Positions 49,588-61,016 of a stretch of 64,000 nt of DNA are shown here, piece by piece. The stretch's first letter is position 1; each line of letters starts with the position of its first letter. This DNA comes from an uncultured cyanobacterium (lineage in GTDB: Bacteria; Cyanobacteriota; Cyanobacteriia; Cyanobacteriales; CAWCAG01): the NCBI GenBank assembly GCA_963793425.1, contig CAWCAG010000007.1:672001-736000 (forward strand), written 5' to 3'. A program made the translations under genes and the position numbers. Under the pieces are notes generated by a model. That model made no database searches, was not told where the DNA came from, and saw only the letters and a list, made by a program, of their open reading frames with translations.

Positions 49588-51777
49588 GTGGCAGTGCAAA
49601 AAAAAGCTTTTAATTGTATGCGTTTATCTCTTTTAACAACCTTTCTCACAGCCTCAGCTATTCTTGGTCTTTTAGAACCGGCCAGAAGTCAGATTGAGGA
49701 AACAGCAATATCTCAAACAGAAACTGAATTACAGCAGGTTTCACCAACGCCAGATTTATTAGTAAGTTCCGATAACTTAGTGATAGAAACTGTAGATAAG
49801 CCAGAATTTTCTACCACAGGAACACAAGTAGAAACAAATTCAATTAACCCAGAAGTTTTACTCAGTAATTTATCTGTAGGAGAACAGTCGGGGCAAATTA
49901 ACCTACCTCTGATTGCTCAGCAAGACACCACTGAAACCGAGAATAATCAAGATGATCCTACTGAAGCAGAAGAAGCACGGGTTTTAGTAGGAGAAGTACT
50001 GGTTGTAGGTGCAGAAGGCATAACCGTTACTGATGATAATGGGCAACAAGTCCCTCTCGAAAATCTAGTTTACGATAATATCAGCACCAAACCAGGTCGA
50101 ACCACAACTCGCTCTAAACTTCAAGAAGACCTCAACGCTGTTTATGCTACTGGTTACTTTGCTAACGCGACAGTAGTTCCTGAAGATACACCTTTAGGGG
50201 TAAGAATTGTCTTCAACGTTGAACCAAATCCTGTATTAAATAATATAGCTGTCCAAACCCTTCCTGATGATGCCCAAACCCAAGTATTGACTCAAGATGT
50301 AGTTAATGATATCTTCGGCGAACAATACGGTTCTATCCTCAATCTGCGGGAATTACAGGATAATATTGAAGAACTCAACGAATGGTATAGAGAACAGGGT
50401 TATGAACTTGCCCAAGTAATCGGCACTTCTGATATAAGTAGCAATGGTTTACTTACCTTGAGAGTTGCAGAAGGGGTAATTGAAGATGTCCAGGTCAGAT
50501 TTTTTAATGAAGAAGGGGAAGAAGTTGACGGACGAACCCGCGACTTCATTGTGACGCGAGAAGTTGAACTGAAAGCAGGGGATGTATTTAACCGGGAAAC
50601 CGCCTTAAGAGACTTACAAAGAGTCTTTGGTTTGGGTTTATTCGATAACCCCCGTTTTACCCCCCAACCGGGAGAAGACCCCAGTAAAGTAGTGCTGAAC
50701 GTCGATGTGGTAGAAAGAAGCACAGGTTCTATTGCGGCTGGGGCTGGTCTTAGTTCCGCTAGTGGTTTATTTGGTACTGTAAGTTATCAACAACAAAACC
50801 TGGGGGGAAATAACCAAACCGTTGGCGCAGAACTCCAATTGGGTACAAGGGAATTTCTTTTTGATCTCCGCTTCACCGATCCTTGGATCGCCACTGACCC
50901 TTACCGTACTTCCTACACTGTCAATGCTTTTCGCCGCAGATCAATTTCCCTAATCTTCGATGGGGGAGAAACTGAAGTCGATTTAGCCAATGGCGATACC
51001 CCACGGGTCTTACGTACAGGTGGCGGTATTACCTTCTCTCGTCCTTTAGAACCTAATCCTTTCAGGAGATCGGATTGGCGACTTTCGGCAGGATTCCAAT
51101 ACCAGCGGGTCAATATTCGGGATGCTGACGGAGAAACAACTCCCTTAGATGAATTGGGTAATGATCTGAGTTTTAGCGGTTCTGGTCAGGATGACTTATT
51201 TAGCTTCCGTTTGGGGGCTGTAAGGGATTTACGAGATAGTCCTTTGCAACCGACTCAAGGTTCCTTACTGCGTTTAGGAATGGATCAAACCGTACCCATC
51301 GGTGAAGGAAGCATTTTCTTTAACCGGGTTAGGGCTAGCTACAGCTACTATATCCCCGTAAATTACACCAATTTTAGCGAAGGAGCCGAAGCTCTAGCTT
51401 TCAATATTCAAGGGGGTACAATCCTGGGAGACGTACCACCCTACGAAGCCTTTGCCATGGGGGGGACAGACTCTGTTCGTGGTTATGAAGCAGGAGATGT
51501 GGGTAGCGGTCGTAGTTATCTTCAAGCCACAGCGGAATATCGTTTCCCGGTCTTTTCTGTCATCGGCGGTGCGTTATTCGTTGATGTCGCCAGTGACTTA
51601 GGTACAGGGGATAATGTCCTAGGTAACCCAGCAGGAGTAAGGGATAAGCCAGGTAGTGGTATTGGTTATGGTCTTGGGGTTCGTATCCAATCTCCCTTGG
51701 GACCAATCAGAATTGACTATGGCCTTAACGACCAAGGAGACAGTCGTATTCACTTTGGCATTGGAGAAAGATTTTAA
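49588..51777 (+). CDS. bamA: BamA/Omp85 outer-membrane protein assembly factor
   Basis: POTRA repeats; SVRGY; SPLGPIRIDYG; terminal F; conserved position before lpxC. Confidence 0.9.
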   Translation: MAVQKKAFNCMRLSLLTTFLTASAILGLLEPARSQIEETAISQTETELQQVSPTPDLLVSSDNLVIETVDKPEFSTTGTQVETNSINPEVLLSNLSVGEQSGQINLPLIAQQDTTETENNQDDPTEAEEARVLVGEVLVVGAEGITVTDDNGQQVPLENLVYDNISTKPGRTTTRSKLQEDLNAVYATGYFANATVVPEDTPLGVRIVFNVEPNPVLNNIAVQTLPDDAQTQVLTQDVVNDIFGEQYGSILNLRELQDNIEELNEWYREQGYELAQVIGTSDISSNGLLTLRVAEGVIEDVQVRFFNEEGEEVDGRTRDFIVTREVELKAGDVFNRETALRDLQRVFGLGLFDNPRFTPQPGEDPSKVVLNVDVVERSTGSIAAGAGLSSASGLFGTVSYQQQNLGGNNQTVGAELQLGTREFLFDLRFTDPWIATDPYRTSYTVNAFRRRSISLIFDGGETEVDLANGDTPRVLRTGGGITFSRPLEPNPFRRSDWRLSAGFQYQRVNIRDADGETTPLDELGNDLSFSGSGQDDLFSFRLGAVRDLRDSPLQPTQGSLLRLGMDQTVPIGEGSIFFNRVRASYSYYIPVNYTNFSEGAEALAFNIQGGTILGDVPPYEAFAMGGTDSVRGYEAGDVGSGRSYLQATAEYRFPVFSVIGGALFVDVASDLGTGDNVLGNPAGVRDKPGSGIGYGLGVRIQSPLGPIRIDYGLNDQGDSRIHFGIGERF

Positions 51778-51794
51778 TCAATGAGCAATGATCA

Positions 51795-51854
51795 GTAGGG
51801 GCAACCCGTTTTCAAAGTATTATCAATTAACCAAAATCTTGATTGGGTTGCCCA
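51795..51854 (+). repeat. 60-nt GTAG-initiated palindromic REP-like element, copy 2
   Basis: GTAG-GGGCAACCC...GGGTTGCCC; homologous to 12705-12764. Confidence 0.7.
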
Positions 51855-51937
51855 CCTCAGCGCATGATTTTGAACAGGGACTTCTTACCTCATCTAATGA
51901 GAAAGCTTACGAATCATGATTTTTGAGTTGATAAATT

Positions 51938-52792
51938 GTGGATAATTTAGTATTAACAGAGCAAAGTGGTTTGCATTCCGCTTTTACCATTACGGGAGTA
52001 GGACTCCATTCTGGAGTTGAAACCCAAGTAAAAGTACTGCCAGCCCAACCAGGAGAAGGGCGTTATTTTGTGCGAGTAGATTTGCCAGAACAACCCATAA
52101 TTCCTGCTCAAATTAACGCTGTAGGGGAAACGACCTTATCTACAGAACTAAAAAAAGAAAATGCCTCTGTAAGGACGGTAGAACATCTCCTAGCAGCCTT
52201 AGCTGCTAGTGGGGTAGAAAATGCTCGTATTGAAATCAACGGCCCTGAAGTGCCTCTTATGGATGGTTCAGCCAAGGTTTGGGTTGAGGCTATTGAAAAA
52301 GCTGGATCAACCCCCATCTCCCCATCTCCCCCTCTTTCTATTCTTTCTTCCTCCATTTGGGTTAGAGAAGGAGACGCTTTCGTGGCTGCCCTACCCTCTC
52401 CAGAAACCCGTTTTACCTACGGTATTGATTTTTCCCTCCCGGCCATTGGTAACCAGTGGCATAGTTGGCATCCGGCTTCAGAAAAATTTGCAGAGGCGAT
52501 CGCTCCAGCCAGAACTTTTTGTTTGGCGCATCAAATTGAGCAATTACGGCAAATGGGCTTAATCAAAGGTGGTAGTTTAGATAATGCCCTCGTTTGTGAT
52601 GAAAAAGGCTGGCTTAATCCTCCCTTGAGATTTGCAAATGAGCCAGCTCGTCATAAACTTTTAGACTTAGTGGGAGATTTAAGTTTGTTGGGGAGTTTTC
52701 CCCAAGCCCACTTCCTAGCTTATAAAGCTAGCCATAAACTGCATATTCAGTTGGGCAGAGAGCTTTTTGCCCTCCAGTCAAGACCGTTATAA
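51938..52792 (+). CDS. lpxC: UDP-3-O-acyl-GlcNAc deacetylase
   Basis: [26 protein letters not shown]. Confidence 0.96.
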   Translation: MDNLVLTEQSGLHSAFTITGVGLHSGVETQVKVLPAQPGEGRYFVRVDLPEQPIIPAQINAVGETTLSTELKKENASVRTVEHLLAALAASGVENARIEINGPEVPLMDGSAKVWVEAIEKAGSTPISPSPPLSILSSSIWVREGDAFVAALPSPETRFTYGIDFSLPAIGNQWHSWHPASEKFAEAIAPARTFCLAHQIEQLRQMGLIKGGSLDNALVCDEKGWLNPPLRFANEPARHKLLDLVGDLSLLGSFPQAHFLAYKASHKLHIQLGRELFALQSRPL

Positions 52793-52815
52793 ACTACCAC
52801 CTTTTTGAAAAGCCT

Positions 52816-53319
52816 ATGTCCGCAATTGCTGATGTTAACCAATCAGATCATAAATCCGGCGAGGATGAGCAAAAACCAGTTATCAAAACAACTTTCAATG
52901 TCGAAGAAATTCGTCAATTATTACCTCACCGTTATCCTTTTGCTTTAGTGGATAGAATTATTGATTATGTCCCCGGAGAGAAAGCGGTAGGGATTAAAAA
53001 TGTCACCATCAATGAGCCTTTTTTCCCTGGACATATTCCTGAACGTCCTTTAATGCCTGGGGTACTAATTGTTGAAGCAATGGCTCAAGTAGGTGGCATT
53101 GTTTTAATCCAATTACCTGATATGGCAGGGGGCTTTTTCGCCTTTGCTGGTATTGATAAAGTACGCTTCCGTCGCCCAGTTATTCCTGGAGATCAGTTAG
53201 TGATGACAGTGGAACTCTTATCTTTCAAACTGCGTCGTATCGGTAAGATGCGAGGACGCGCTCTAGTAGATGGTAATTTAGTTGCAGAAGGAGAATTGAT
53301 GTTTTCCTTGATAGACTAA
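52816..53319 (+). CDS. fabZ: 3-hydroxyacyl-ACP dehydratase
   Basis: [28 protein letters not shown]. Confidence 0.97.
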   Translation: MSAIADVNQSDHKSGEDEQKPVIKTTFNVEEIRQLLPHRYPFALVDRIIDYVPGEKAVGIKNVTINEPFFPGHIPERPLMPGVLIVEAMAQVGGIVLIQLPDMAGGFFAFAGIDKVRFRRPVIPGDQLVMTVELLSFKLRRIGKMRGRALVDGNLVAEGELMFSLID

Positions 53320-53455
53320 AAATAATTTAAGTCTTGCTGAATAAGAGCGCAAGCAAAGTATCAAATTGAGCTTTTTTGTTAACTTCTTTCTCTTATAAAT
53401 AGAAAGTAATCTAGCAACCCTCACACGGGTTAAATTTTGCTTACCAAAATCCTTT

Positions 53456-54277
53456 ATGCCCTTGCTTTATAATCATCGCGACTTGAAGACATTGATTCAC
53501 CCCACTGCTGTCATTAATCCTCAAGCTCAATTGCATCCTACAGTTGAAGTAGGCCCCTATGCAATTATTAGCGAAGGGGTGACAATTGGCGCTAATACAA
53601 AAGTTGGACCCCATGTTATTCTTGAAGGCCCTGCTGAAATTGGCGAAGATAATAAGATTTTTCCTGGGGCAGCCATTGGTTTAGAACCCCAAGATTTGAA
53701 GTATCAGGGGGCCAAAAGTTGGGTCAAGATCGGCAACAAAAACAAAATTCGCGAATATGTCACCATCAACCGCGCTACAGGAGAAGGGGAAGTTACTCAA
53801 ATTGGTAACAATAACCTTTTAATGGCCTATGTCCACGTAGCCCATAATTGTGTGTTAGGCAACAATGTCATCATCGCCAACAACGTTGCTTTAGCCGGTC
53901 ACGTTCAAATCGAATCGAGAGCTATAATTGGTGGGGTATTAGGGGTTCATCAATTTGTCCATATCGGTCGCCTCGCTATGGTAGGAGGTATGAGTCGTAT
54001 AGATAGAGATGTACCTCCTTATATGACTACAGAAGGTAATCCTGCTAGAGTTCGTTCCCTTAACTCCATTGGCTTAAAACGGGCTGGTTTGACCCCAGAA
54101 GAATTTAGTTCCCTGAAAAAAGCTTTCCGAGCTATTTATCGTTCTGGGCAGCCGATTAATCAAGCCCTAGAACAGTTAGATTTACTCCCGAATAACGAAT
54201 ATATCCAACACCTACGACGTTTTGTACAATTGTCCATCTCTCCCAAAAGAAGAGGTTTGATTCCCGGTAAGCTATGA
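53456..54277 (+). CDS. lpxA: UDP-GlcNAc O-acyltransferase (true start possibly TTG near 53483)
   Basis: IHPTAVI hexapeptide repeats, PQDLKY, HVAHNC, VHQFV. Confidence 0.96.
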   Translation: MPLLYNHRDLKTLIHPTAVINPQAQLHPTVEVGPYAIISEGVTIGANTKVGPHVILEGPAEIGEDNKIFPGAAIGLEPQDLKYQGAKSWVKIGNKNKIREYVTINRATGEGEVTQIGNNNLLMAYVHVAHNCVLGNNVIIANNVALAGHVQIESRAIIGGVLGVHQFVHIGRLAMVGGMSRIDRDVPPYMTTEGNPARVRSLNSIGLKRAGLTPEEFSSLKKAFRAIYRSGQPINQALEQLDLLPNNEYIQHLRRFVQLSISPKRRGLIPGKL

Positions 54278-54292
54278 GAACTAATTGCTCTT

Positions 54293-54342
54293 TTCCTACT
54301 ACTCCCTACTCCCTACTCCCTACTCCCTACTCCCTGCTCCCT
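54293..54342. repeat. STRR (TACTCCC)n
   Basis: About 6 heptamer copies between lpxA and lpxB. Confidence 0.85.
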
Positions 54343-54356
54343 GTTAAAGTGACAAT

Positions 54357-55526
54357 ATGCGTATTTTTATTAGTACTGGTGAAGTTTCTGGTGACTTACA
54401 AGGTGCTTTGTTAGTAGAGGCCCTGAAACGTCAAGGAGAATTGTTAGGTGTTGAACTAGAAATTGCTGGTACAGGGGGGAAACGCATGGCAGAAGCCGGT
54501 TGTAACCTGATTGGTGATACAACTCAAATTAGTTCTTTGGGTATTTTAGAGGGCATACCTTTTGTTTTGGCAACTTGGCGAATGCAGGATCTTGTCAAAA
54601 AATATGTGCAGCACAATCCTCCCGATTTGTTGATTTTAATCGACTACCTTGATCCTAATTTAAGCATTGGTTCTTACATTCGTCGCCACTGGCCCCAAGT
54701 TCCCATAATTTATTACATTGCCCCACAAATGTGGGTTTGGTCACCTCTAACTCGGCAGAATAGCAAAATCTTAGAGATAACTGATCGATTGCTGGCTATC
54801 TTTCCAGGGGAGGCTACTTACTTTGCGAAACAAGGGTTATCTGTTGGCTGGGTAGGGCATCCTCTGTTAGATCGTATGGCGAAAGCACCTAATCGGGAAA
54901 ACGCCCGCAGGTTATTAGGCATTGACCCCCAGAAAACAATTATCACCCTCTTACCAGCCTCTCGTAAACAAGAACTTACTTACTTACTTCCAGCAATTTT
55001 TGCTGCGGCACAACAACTCCAAGAAAAGTTGACTGAGGTAGAATTTTTAATTCCTCTTTCGGTAGAAAGTTTCGCTGAACCTATTGCTAAGGCGATCACA
55101 ACCTACAATTTAGCAGCAACTATTGTAGAAAACAAAACTTTAGAAGCACTCGCGGCTGCGGATTTAGCTATTACTAAGAGTGGTACGGTTAACCTGGAAT
55201 TAGCCTTGCTAAATGTACCTCAAGTAGTTGTTTACAAACTTAATCCTTTGACTATGTGGATTGCCAGGAAAGTATTTAAGTTTGATGTACCTTTTGTCTC
55301 TCCTGCTAACTTAGTATCTATGCAGTCTGTTGTACCAGAATTATTTCAAGAAGAAGCGAATCCTCAAAGAATTGTCCAAGAAGCAATGGATTTATTATTT
55401 AACCCCAAAAGAAGAGAAAAAACCATCGCTGACTATCAACAATTGCACCAAGATTTAGGGGAAGCAGGGGTTTGCGATCGCGCTGCTAAAGAAATACTTG
55501 AGTTTGATAAGAAGAAAGTGAAGTGA
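54357..55526 (+). CDS. lpxB: Lipid-A-disaccharide synthase
   Basis: GEVSGD, WVGHPL, LLPASR, KSGTVNLE. Confidence 0.96.
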   Translation: MRIFISTGEVSGDLQGALLVEALKRQGELLGVELEIAGTGGKRMAEAGCNLIGDTTQISSLGILEGIPFVLATWRMQDLVKKYVQHNPPDLLILIDYLDPNLSIGSYIRRHWPQVPIIYYIAPQMWVWSPLTRQNSKILEITDRLLAIFPGEATYFAKQGLSVGWVGHPLLDRMAKAPNRENARRLLGIDPQKTIITLLPASRKQELTYLLPAIFAAAQQLQEKLTEVEFLIPLSVESFAEPIAKAITTYNLAATIVENKTLEALAAADLAITKSGTVNLELALLNVPQVVVYKLNPLTMWIARKVFKFDVPFVSPANLVSMQSVVPELFQEEANPQRIVQEAMDLLFNPKRREKTIADYQQLHQDLGEAGVCDRAAKEILEFDKKKVK

Positions 55527-55841
55527 ATAAGCTTTATTAATTCGATTCCACAATTCAGGTTGCTGCTTTAATGCCAATCAATTTTCTTAATATGTGTGTC
55601 AATTTCTTGTCTATGGGCAAAATTGATGTCTTGATAAATCTCTAGTCCTAGAGACTCTAACGGTTGAGGGGCAGGAACTTTCCAACGACGGCTTGTTCTA
55701 ATATTTCCTGGGGCAACCTAATAGAGGGATAAATGGTTGTGTCCATTCCAGGGTTGGTAAAGATAGGGCTGGCAACCAATCACTACTGTATGAATCGTCC
55801 CAGGGAGATATGAGTACCATATGCAAAAAGCTAATTTTGTA

Positions 55842-56456
55842 TCAACCCCATACCCGAAGCAAACTTAAGATAAAACCTGGTAACACCTCTTCACCAGATA
55901 ACTCAGAAGGATTTTTTCGTACTTCGACTGCCAGCCCTGGTCGATAAATTTCCACTTGCCGATGTTGCGGGTCTAACAGCCAGCCTAACCTTGCCCCATT
56001 ATCGATATACTCTCTCATTTTATCTTGCACAGATTTGAGGCTATCGGAACTAGAGCGTAACTCAACCACAAAATCGGGGCAAACATTAGCGAAAGTTCCT
56101 TTTTGCTCTGGGGTAAGCGCCTGCCAACGTTCTGGGCTAACCCAAGAGGCATCAGGGGCGCGAATTGCTCCATTTGGTAAAATGAAGCCAGTGGAAGAGT
56201 CAAATACTTCACCAGGTTCCCCTGCCTTACGCCACCATAAATACAACTCTCCAGAAAGGCTGGAGTTACGTTTTCCAGTTTGCCAGCCGGTTGGCGGATT
56301 CACAATCAACTCTCCTTGTGCAGTTCTTTCCATTCTCAAATCTCGGTTTGCTACTGTTAAGGCAACAAACTGTTCTGGGGTTACATATAAGCTAATCGTT
56401 TTCGGTAACTCAATCAGTAAAGTTTCAGTTTCCGGTCTAACAGGTATCTGTACCAT
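55842..56456 (-). CDS. Uma2 (DUF820) family putative endonuclease
   Basis: ERTAQGELIV, FDSSTGF.LP, PDASW, PDFVVELRS, KMREY..NG..LGWL.DP. Confidence 0.92.
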   Translation of the reverse strand: MVQIPVRPETETLLIELPKTISLYVTPEQFVALTVANRDLRMERTAQGELIVNPPTGWQTGKRNSSLSGELYLWWRKAGEPGEVFDSSTGFILPNGAIRAPDASWVSPERWQALTPEQKGTFANVCPDFVVELRSSSDSLKSVQDKMREYIDNGARLGWLLDPQHRQVEIYRPGLAVEVRKNPSELSGEEVLPGFILSLLRVWG

Positions 56457-56594
56457 CTCGCTCTAAAATCCCCTTGAATAGTTGCAATTTATTGAAAATT
56501 ACGATCACAGAAGTTGACATCATACTAAATCCACTTCACGAAACGCCCTTATAAAACTCAGAAAAAAGTTCTCACTCTGCCTATTCCCTACTCC

Positions 56595-57863
56595 CTACTC
56601 CCTACTCCCTGCTCCCTTCTTAATATTAGAATAAGCCCCCTTAACCCCAGGGTTAACCCCACTTTGCCAGTTAGGATCACTAATAAGTTGCCAGGTTAAG
56701 TTAGCAGGTAAAGCAGTGGGATTCGGGGCATTGGCAAAACTAACATTAACTCGACTAACAGCAATAGGAATAATTTGTACTTGGGCTAATTCAAAAGTTT
56801 CCAAATCAAACAAAGCCCTACCAATTAAATTTTCTGCTTTAGGTAAAAGGGCTGGGTGAATAAAGTTACCTAAACTTTCAAACATAACTCCTTTTTTGCC
56901 GCGAGAAGATTCAACAATACGTACAGGTTTCCAAACGTGAGGCCCATGACCAAAAACGACATCGCCATCGTAATATTGAATAAATTCTACTCCTGTATTA
57001 ACTAATTCCTGTTGAGTTTCTGTCGTCCAACTATGAATAGAGAGAATACGAATATCTGCATCAGCATCTCGTAGGGAACGTAAGACAGTCTTTTTGTCAG
57101 CCCGACAAGTAACGTAGGTACAATCTCCGTCGGCTAAATAAATGTTAGCAAAGGCAACTTTGATAGGGCGACCTTTAATATTCAAAGTTTTAACTTGTGC
57201 TTCTTTTTGAGTTCCCACACCATGCCAAAGCCATTCCGTACTGCTTTCTTGACTCAAAAATTCTAAATTGTCAGCCGAAACCTTTGCACCGTTTTCTCCA
57301 TCTTCAGCATTAGGGCAATCCCTAGCATGGTTGTTAGCTAAACCAATGAGGTTAAAACCCCTTTGATACAAATCCACTATATTGTCGGGATGGGACATAA
57401 AAGCAAAAGAACTTGGTCCTAAAGCGGCCCAAAATTGATTACAACGAGTTCCTACGGTAGTTTCCCAATTAATAAAAGAGAGATCCCCCCGATAAGATTT
57501 GCCTGTGGGGTCGAAGGCATCAAGTTTTTGACCAAAACTAGCGGGTAAGGGCTGTTGATGAGTATCCGCCATTGCTGCGTCGCCGACTCCTCGAATATCC
57601 AAAAATTCAGTAGCTTCATCTTTATCTAAGGCGACTGGAGCTACTGAAGCATTGACATCACTTTGGTTGGCTTCTTCTCCTAGACTCACAGCAACAATAG
57701 GAGTTTCCGGTTCCGGTAGAGGAGTAGGAATAGCATTTGTGACATCTACTACATTTTCATCAGGAGACTCTTGGTTTACTTCTGAAGTGCTACATCCTGT
57801 AACACTAGCTAGCAAGCTGATAAAAAGTAAGCTAGCCGGCCAAAAGCGATTTACGTATATCAT
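56595..57863 (-). CDS. CapA/PgsA-family metallophosphoesterase-fold lipoprotein
   Basis: Lipobox VTGC; VGD, NWET, LANNHARD, SIHSW, GHGPHV, SLGNF. Confidence 0.85.
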   Translation of the reverse strand: MIYVNRFWPASLLFISLLASVTGCSTSEVNQESPDENVVDVTNAIPTPLPEPETPIVAVSLGEEANQSDVNASVAPVALDKDEATEFLDIRGVGDAAMADTHQQPLPASFGQKLDAFDPTGKSYRGDLSFINWETTVGTRCNQFWAALGPSSFAFMSHPDNIVDLYQRGFNLIGLANNHARDCPNAEDGENGAKVSADNLEFLSQESSTEWLWHGVGTQKEAQVKTLNIKGRPIKVAFANIYLADGDCTYVTCRADKKTVLRSLRDADADIRILSIHSWTTETQQELVNTGVEFIQYYDGDVVFGHGPHVWKPVRIVESSRGKKGVMFESLGNFIHPALLPKAENLIGRALFDLETFELAQVQIIPIAVSRVNVSFANAPNPTALPANLTWQLISDPNWQSGVNPGVKGAYSNIKKGAGSRE

Positions 57864-58109
57864 AATAAGAGTGTTTTTGCTTCTAGAAAAAGGTCTAAAG
57901 TTAATATGGAGAAGTACCTTTGGTAACTGATTAAGCCACGAAAACTAAAACAATATGGTAGTTTAGTGTCACAACAGGTTATATGTAAATGCACTTAATT
58001 ACAGAGCTATTAATTTACTTCTGTAGAAAGTTTGTTCTTAAGCGGGATATTTTGTCGGAAACAATCTACTTGTTCACCATCGTAAAAAGCGCGATCGCTC
58101 TCTCTTCTA

Positions 58110-60650
58110 ATGGTAAAAATAGGCAATTCTAATTTTTCTCCTACGGAACTTAGAGTTTTTGACATCCTTCAGACACCAATCTGGATTATTGATATTTCTC
58201 AAATGAGAATATTTTGGGCTAATCGAGCGGCTCAAAAGTTATGGCATACCTCTAGCTTAGAAGAGTTTGTTAACCTTGATTGGGGCAACTATATCCGTGC
58301 TGTTCAAGCCAATCTACAACAGTATTTAGCTAAGTTCCGGCAAGGGGATTGTGTAATCGCACAACAGAGGTTTGATAATTTTGATAAACCGATAACTTTG
58401 CCTTGTTTATCTTCTGGTATTGAATTAAATGCTGGACTAGGTATTGTGGTAGAAGTTGTGGCTAAGGCTTTACCACAGCTAAATACAGATACTTCTCTAT
58501 TTTTAAATAGTAACAACAGTAATTTTTTTCTTTCAATAATTAGAAACATCACTGAACGTAAGGAAGCGGAAATTGCTTTGCAACAAAGTGAAGAGCGCTA
58601 TCGGCTTCTCGCAGAAAATGCTACAGACATGATTTCTCGCCACCAACCTAGTGGAGCTTATGTTTATGCCTCTCCTGCTTGCCAAAGTTTGCTAGGATAC
58701 GAACCAGAAGAATTAATTAATACTGATGCTTATGATCTATTTCATCCCGATGATATAAAAAATATTAGACGCTCTCATAAAACTATTCTCAAAAATTTAG
58801 TTACCGACACGGTTAGTTATCGAATGCGCCATAAAGCAGGTCACTATATTTGGCTAGAAAGTAAGTCCAAAGCAGTTCAAAATTCTCTGGGAAAAGTTAA
58901 AGAGATTATTGCTGTTTCTAGAGAAATTACAGAACGTAAAAGAGTAGAAAATGCTCTGCGAGAAACGGAAGCTAAGTATCGCAATATTTTTGAAAATATA
59001 ACTCAAGGTATTTTTCAAACTACACCAGAAGGACGGTATATAAGTGCTAACCCCGCTTTAGCTAATATCTTAGGTTATGATTCGCCAGATGAACTAATTA
59101 CTAGTATTAATGATATAGCCCAGCAGATTTATGTAGAGCCTCAACAGCGTTATAAATTATCTCAATTAGTAGAAAAGTACGGTTCTGTATCCGGTTATGA
59201 ATATCAAGCTTATAAGCGAGATAGAAAGAAAATTTGGGTTGCTGAAAATGTTCGTGAAGTTCGCAACAAAGCAGGAAAATTACTTTGTTACGAAGGCAGT
59301 TTAGAAGATATTACTTCTCGCCGTCTCACAGAAGAAAAACTCGTTTATCAAGCTTTTCATGATAGTTTGACTGGCTTACCAAACCGCGCTTGGTTTATTA
59401 AACATCTAGAAAAAGTGATGCAGCAAGCTTCTCAAAAAGAGGATTGTAACTATGCTGTACTTTTTATTGATTTAGACCGCTTTAAGTTAGTTAATGATAG
59501 TTTTGGACATCTTGTTGGTGACGACTTAATTAAAAGGGTCGTCTTTCGTTTACAGGATTGTCTTCAAGCTGAGGATATTCTTGCTCGTTTAGGGGGAGAT
59601 GAATTTGCTATCCTGTTAGAGGGAAAAATCAGAGTTGAGCATAGTATTTTCGTTGCCAAAAAAATTGAAGAACAACTCAAACATCCTTTCCTTTTAGAAG
59701 GGCATGAAGTATTCGCTACTGCTAGCATTGGCATCACCTATAGCAATATTGGCTATCGAAAAGCCATAGATTTGCTCAGGGATGTAGATACAGCAATGTA
59801 TCATGCCAAAGCTCAAGGTAAAGCTCGTTACTCTGTCTTTAAACCAGCCATGAAAACTGGTGCAATGGCTCGCTTAAAATTAGAAAATGATTTGCGTCAT
59901 GCTTTGCGAAGAAAAGAGTTTCATCTTTATTATCAACCTATTGTTTCTCTGACAAATGGCTGTCTGCATGGTTTTGAATCTTTGTTACGTTGGCAGCATC
60001 CCTCTGGGCAGTGGATTTCTCCTCACAAAATTATTCCTGTAGCAGAAGAAACTGGGTTGATTAATCCTCTTGGTTTGTGGATATTTAGAGAAGCTTGTTA
60101 CCAATTAGTAGAGTGGCAAAACAAATTTACTCCAGCTTTCCCTTTAGTTATTAATGTTAATATTTCTGGAGTACAACTGAAACAGATAGATTTAGTAGAG
60201 CAAATGGCCAGCATTTTGCAAGAAACTGGTGCTGATGGTTCTTTTATCAAGCTAGAAATCACAGAAAGCTGTTTTTTAGAAACCATTTCTTTTGCTGCTT
60301 CTATGGTTAAAGAGTTAAAAAACTTAGGTATAAAAATTTGTATTGATGATTTTGGTACAGGTTACTCTTCTCTCAGTCGTCTCCACGAATTTCCTATTGA
60401 TACATTAAAAATAGACCGCTCTTTTGTTAGTCGTTTAAGCTTAAATAGTAGTCATACGGCTATTGTTCAAACAATTGTTACTTTGGCCCATAGTTTAGGG
60501 ATGGATGTAGTTGCTGAAGGTATAGAAACTGATGCTCAAAAAGAGAAATTGCAACAGTTGAGTTGCAATTTTGGCCAAGGTTATCTTTTTGCTAAAGCTG
60601 TAGATAGAGAAACTGCTTCTCAAATGGTTGATAGCTGTATTAGCTGTTGA
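58110..60650 (+). CDS. PAS-PAS-GGDEF-EAL diguanylate cyclase/phosphodiesterase
   Basis: HPDD PAS motifs; HDSLTGLPNR; GGDEF; ESL; DDFGTGYSS. Confidence 0.93.
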   Translation: MVKIGNSNFSPTELRVFDILQTPIWIIDISQMRIFWANRAAQKLWHTSSLEEFVNLDWGNYIRAVQANLQQYLAKFRQGDCVIAQQRFDNFDKPITLPCLSSGIELNAGLGIVVEVVAKALPQLNTDTSLFLNSNNSNFFLSIIRNITERKEAEIALQQSEERYRLLAENATDMISRHQPSGAYVYASPACQSLLGYEPEELINTDAYDLFHPDDIKNIRRSHKTILKNLVTDTVSYRMRHKAGHYIWLESKSKAVQNSLGKVKEIIAVSREITERKRVENALRETEAKYRNIFENITQGIFQTTPEGRYISANPALANILGYDSPDELITSINDIAQQIYVEPQQRYKLSQLVEKYGSVSGYEYQAYKRDRKKIWVAENVREVRNKAGKLLCYEGSLEDITSRRLTEEKLVYQAFHDSLTGLPNRAWFIKHLEKVMQQASQKEDCNYAVLFIDLDRFKLVNDSFGHLVGDDLIKRVVFRLQDCLQAEDILARLGGDEFAILLEGKIRVEHSIFVAKKIEEQLKHPFLLEGHEVFATASIGITYSNIGYRKAIDLLRDVDTAMYHAKAQGKARYSVFKPAMKTGAMARLKLENDLRHALRRKEFHLYYQPIVSLTNGCLHGFESLLRWQHPSGQWISPHKIIPVAEETGLINPLGLWIFREACYQLVEWQNKFTPAFPLVINVNISGVQLKQIDLVEQMASILQETGADGSFIKLEITESCFLETISFAASMVKELKNLGIKICIDDFGTGYSSLSRLHEFPIDTLKIDRSFVSRLSLNSSHTAIVQTIVTLAHSLGMDVVAEGIETDAQKEKLQQLSCNFGQGYLFAKAVDRETASQMVDSCISC

Positions 60651-61016
60651 GTTATCTTTTGATTCATTTAGTTAAGGTTATTTGATCATCATCTATTATC
60701 TGCACCCAAGTGATTTTACCCAACTTCTCTACTAGTTTATTGCTCAACAAAACCTAAACACTATATCTAAAAAGCTAAAAACAGTTATTTTTGCTGGTGA
60801 ATTTTTCGGAACATTTGCTAACTAGACCCGTCACCACCATCAGAGTTATACTAAGGAGCTAGATTATTACTTAATTTAAACTGTTTATAATCTTTGGAAA
60901 TAGTTCAAATTCCCTTATTATTAAGAAACAAAATAATTAACTTCATTTGAAAATTTAAGCATTGTTTAAGGTACTGGGGTTAAAAGTCAATAGCTTAGTC
61001 ACAAAAATTAATTAAA

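Noticed and set aside
48781..55526. purC-bamA-lpxC-fabZ-lpxA-lpxB cluster as a novelty
   Set aside because: Standard conserved cyanobacterial gene order
55568..55830. Possible minus-strand gene remnant with an internal stop between lpxB and the Uma2 gene
   Set aside because: Short, no recognisable family; cannot be supported without a search
55842..56456. Uma2 gene as part of a defence system
   Set aside because: Solitary member of a family highly expanded in cyanobacteria; no partner genes nearby
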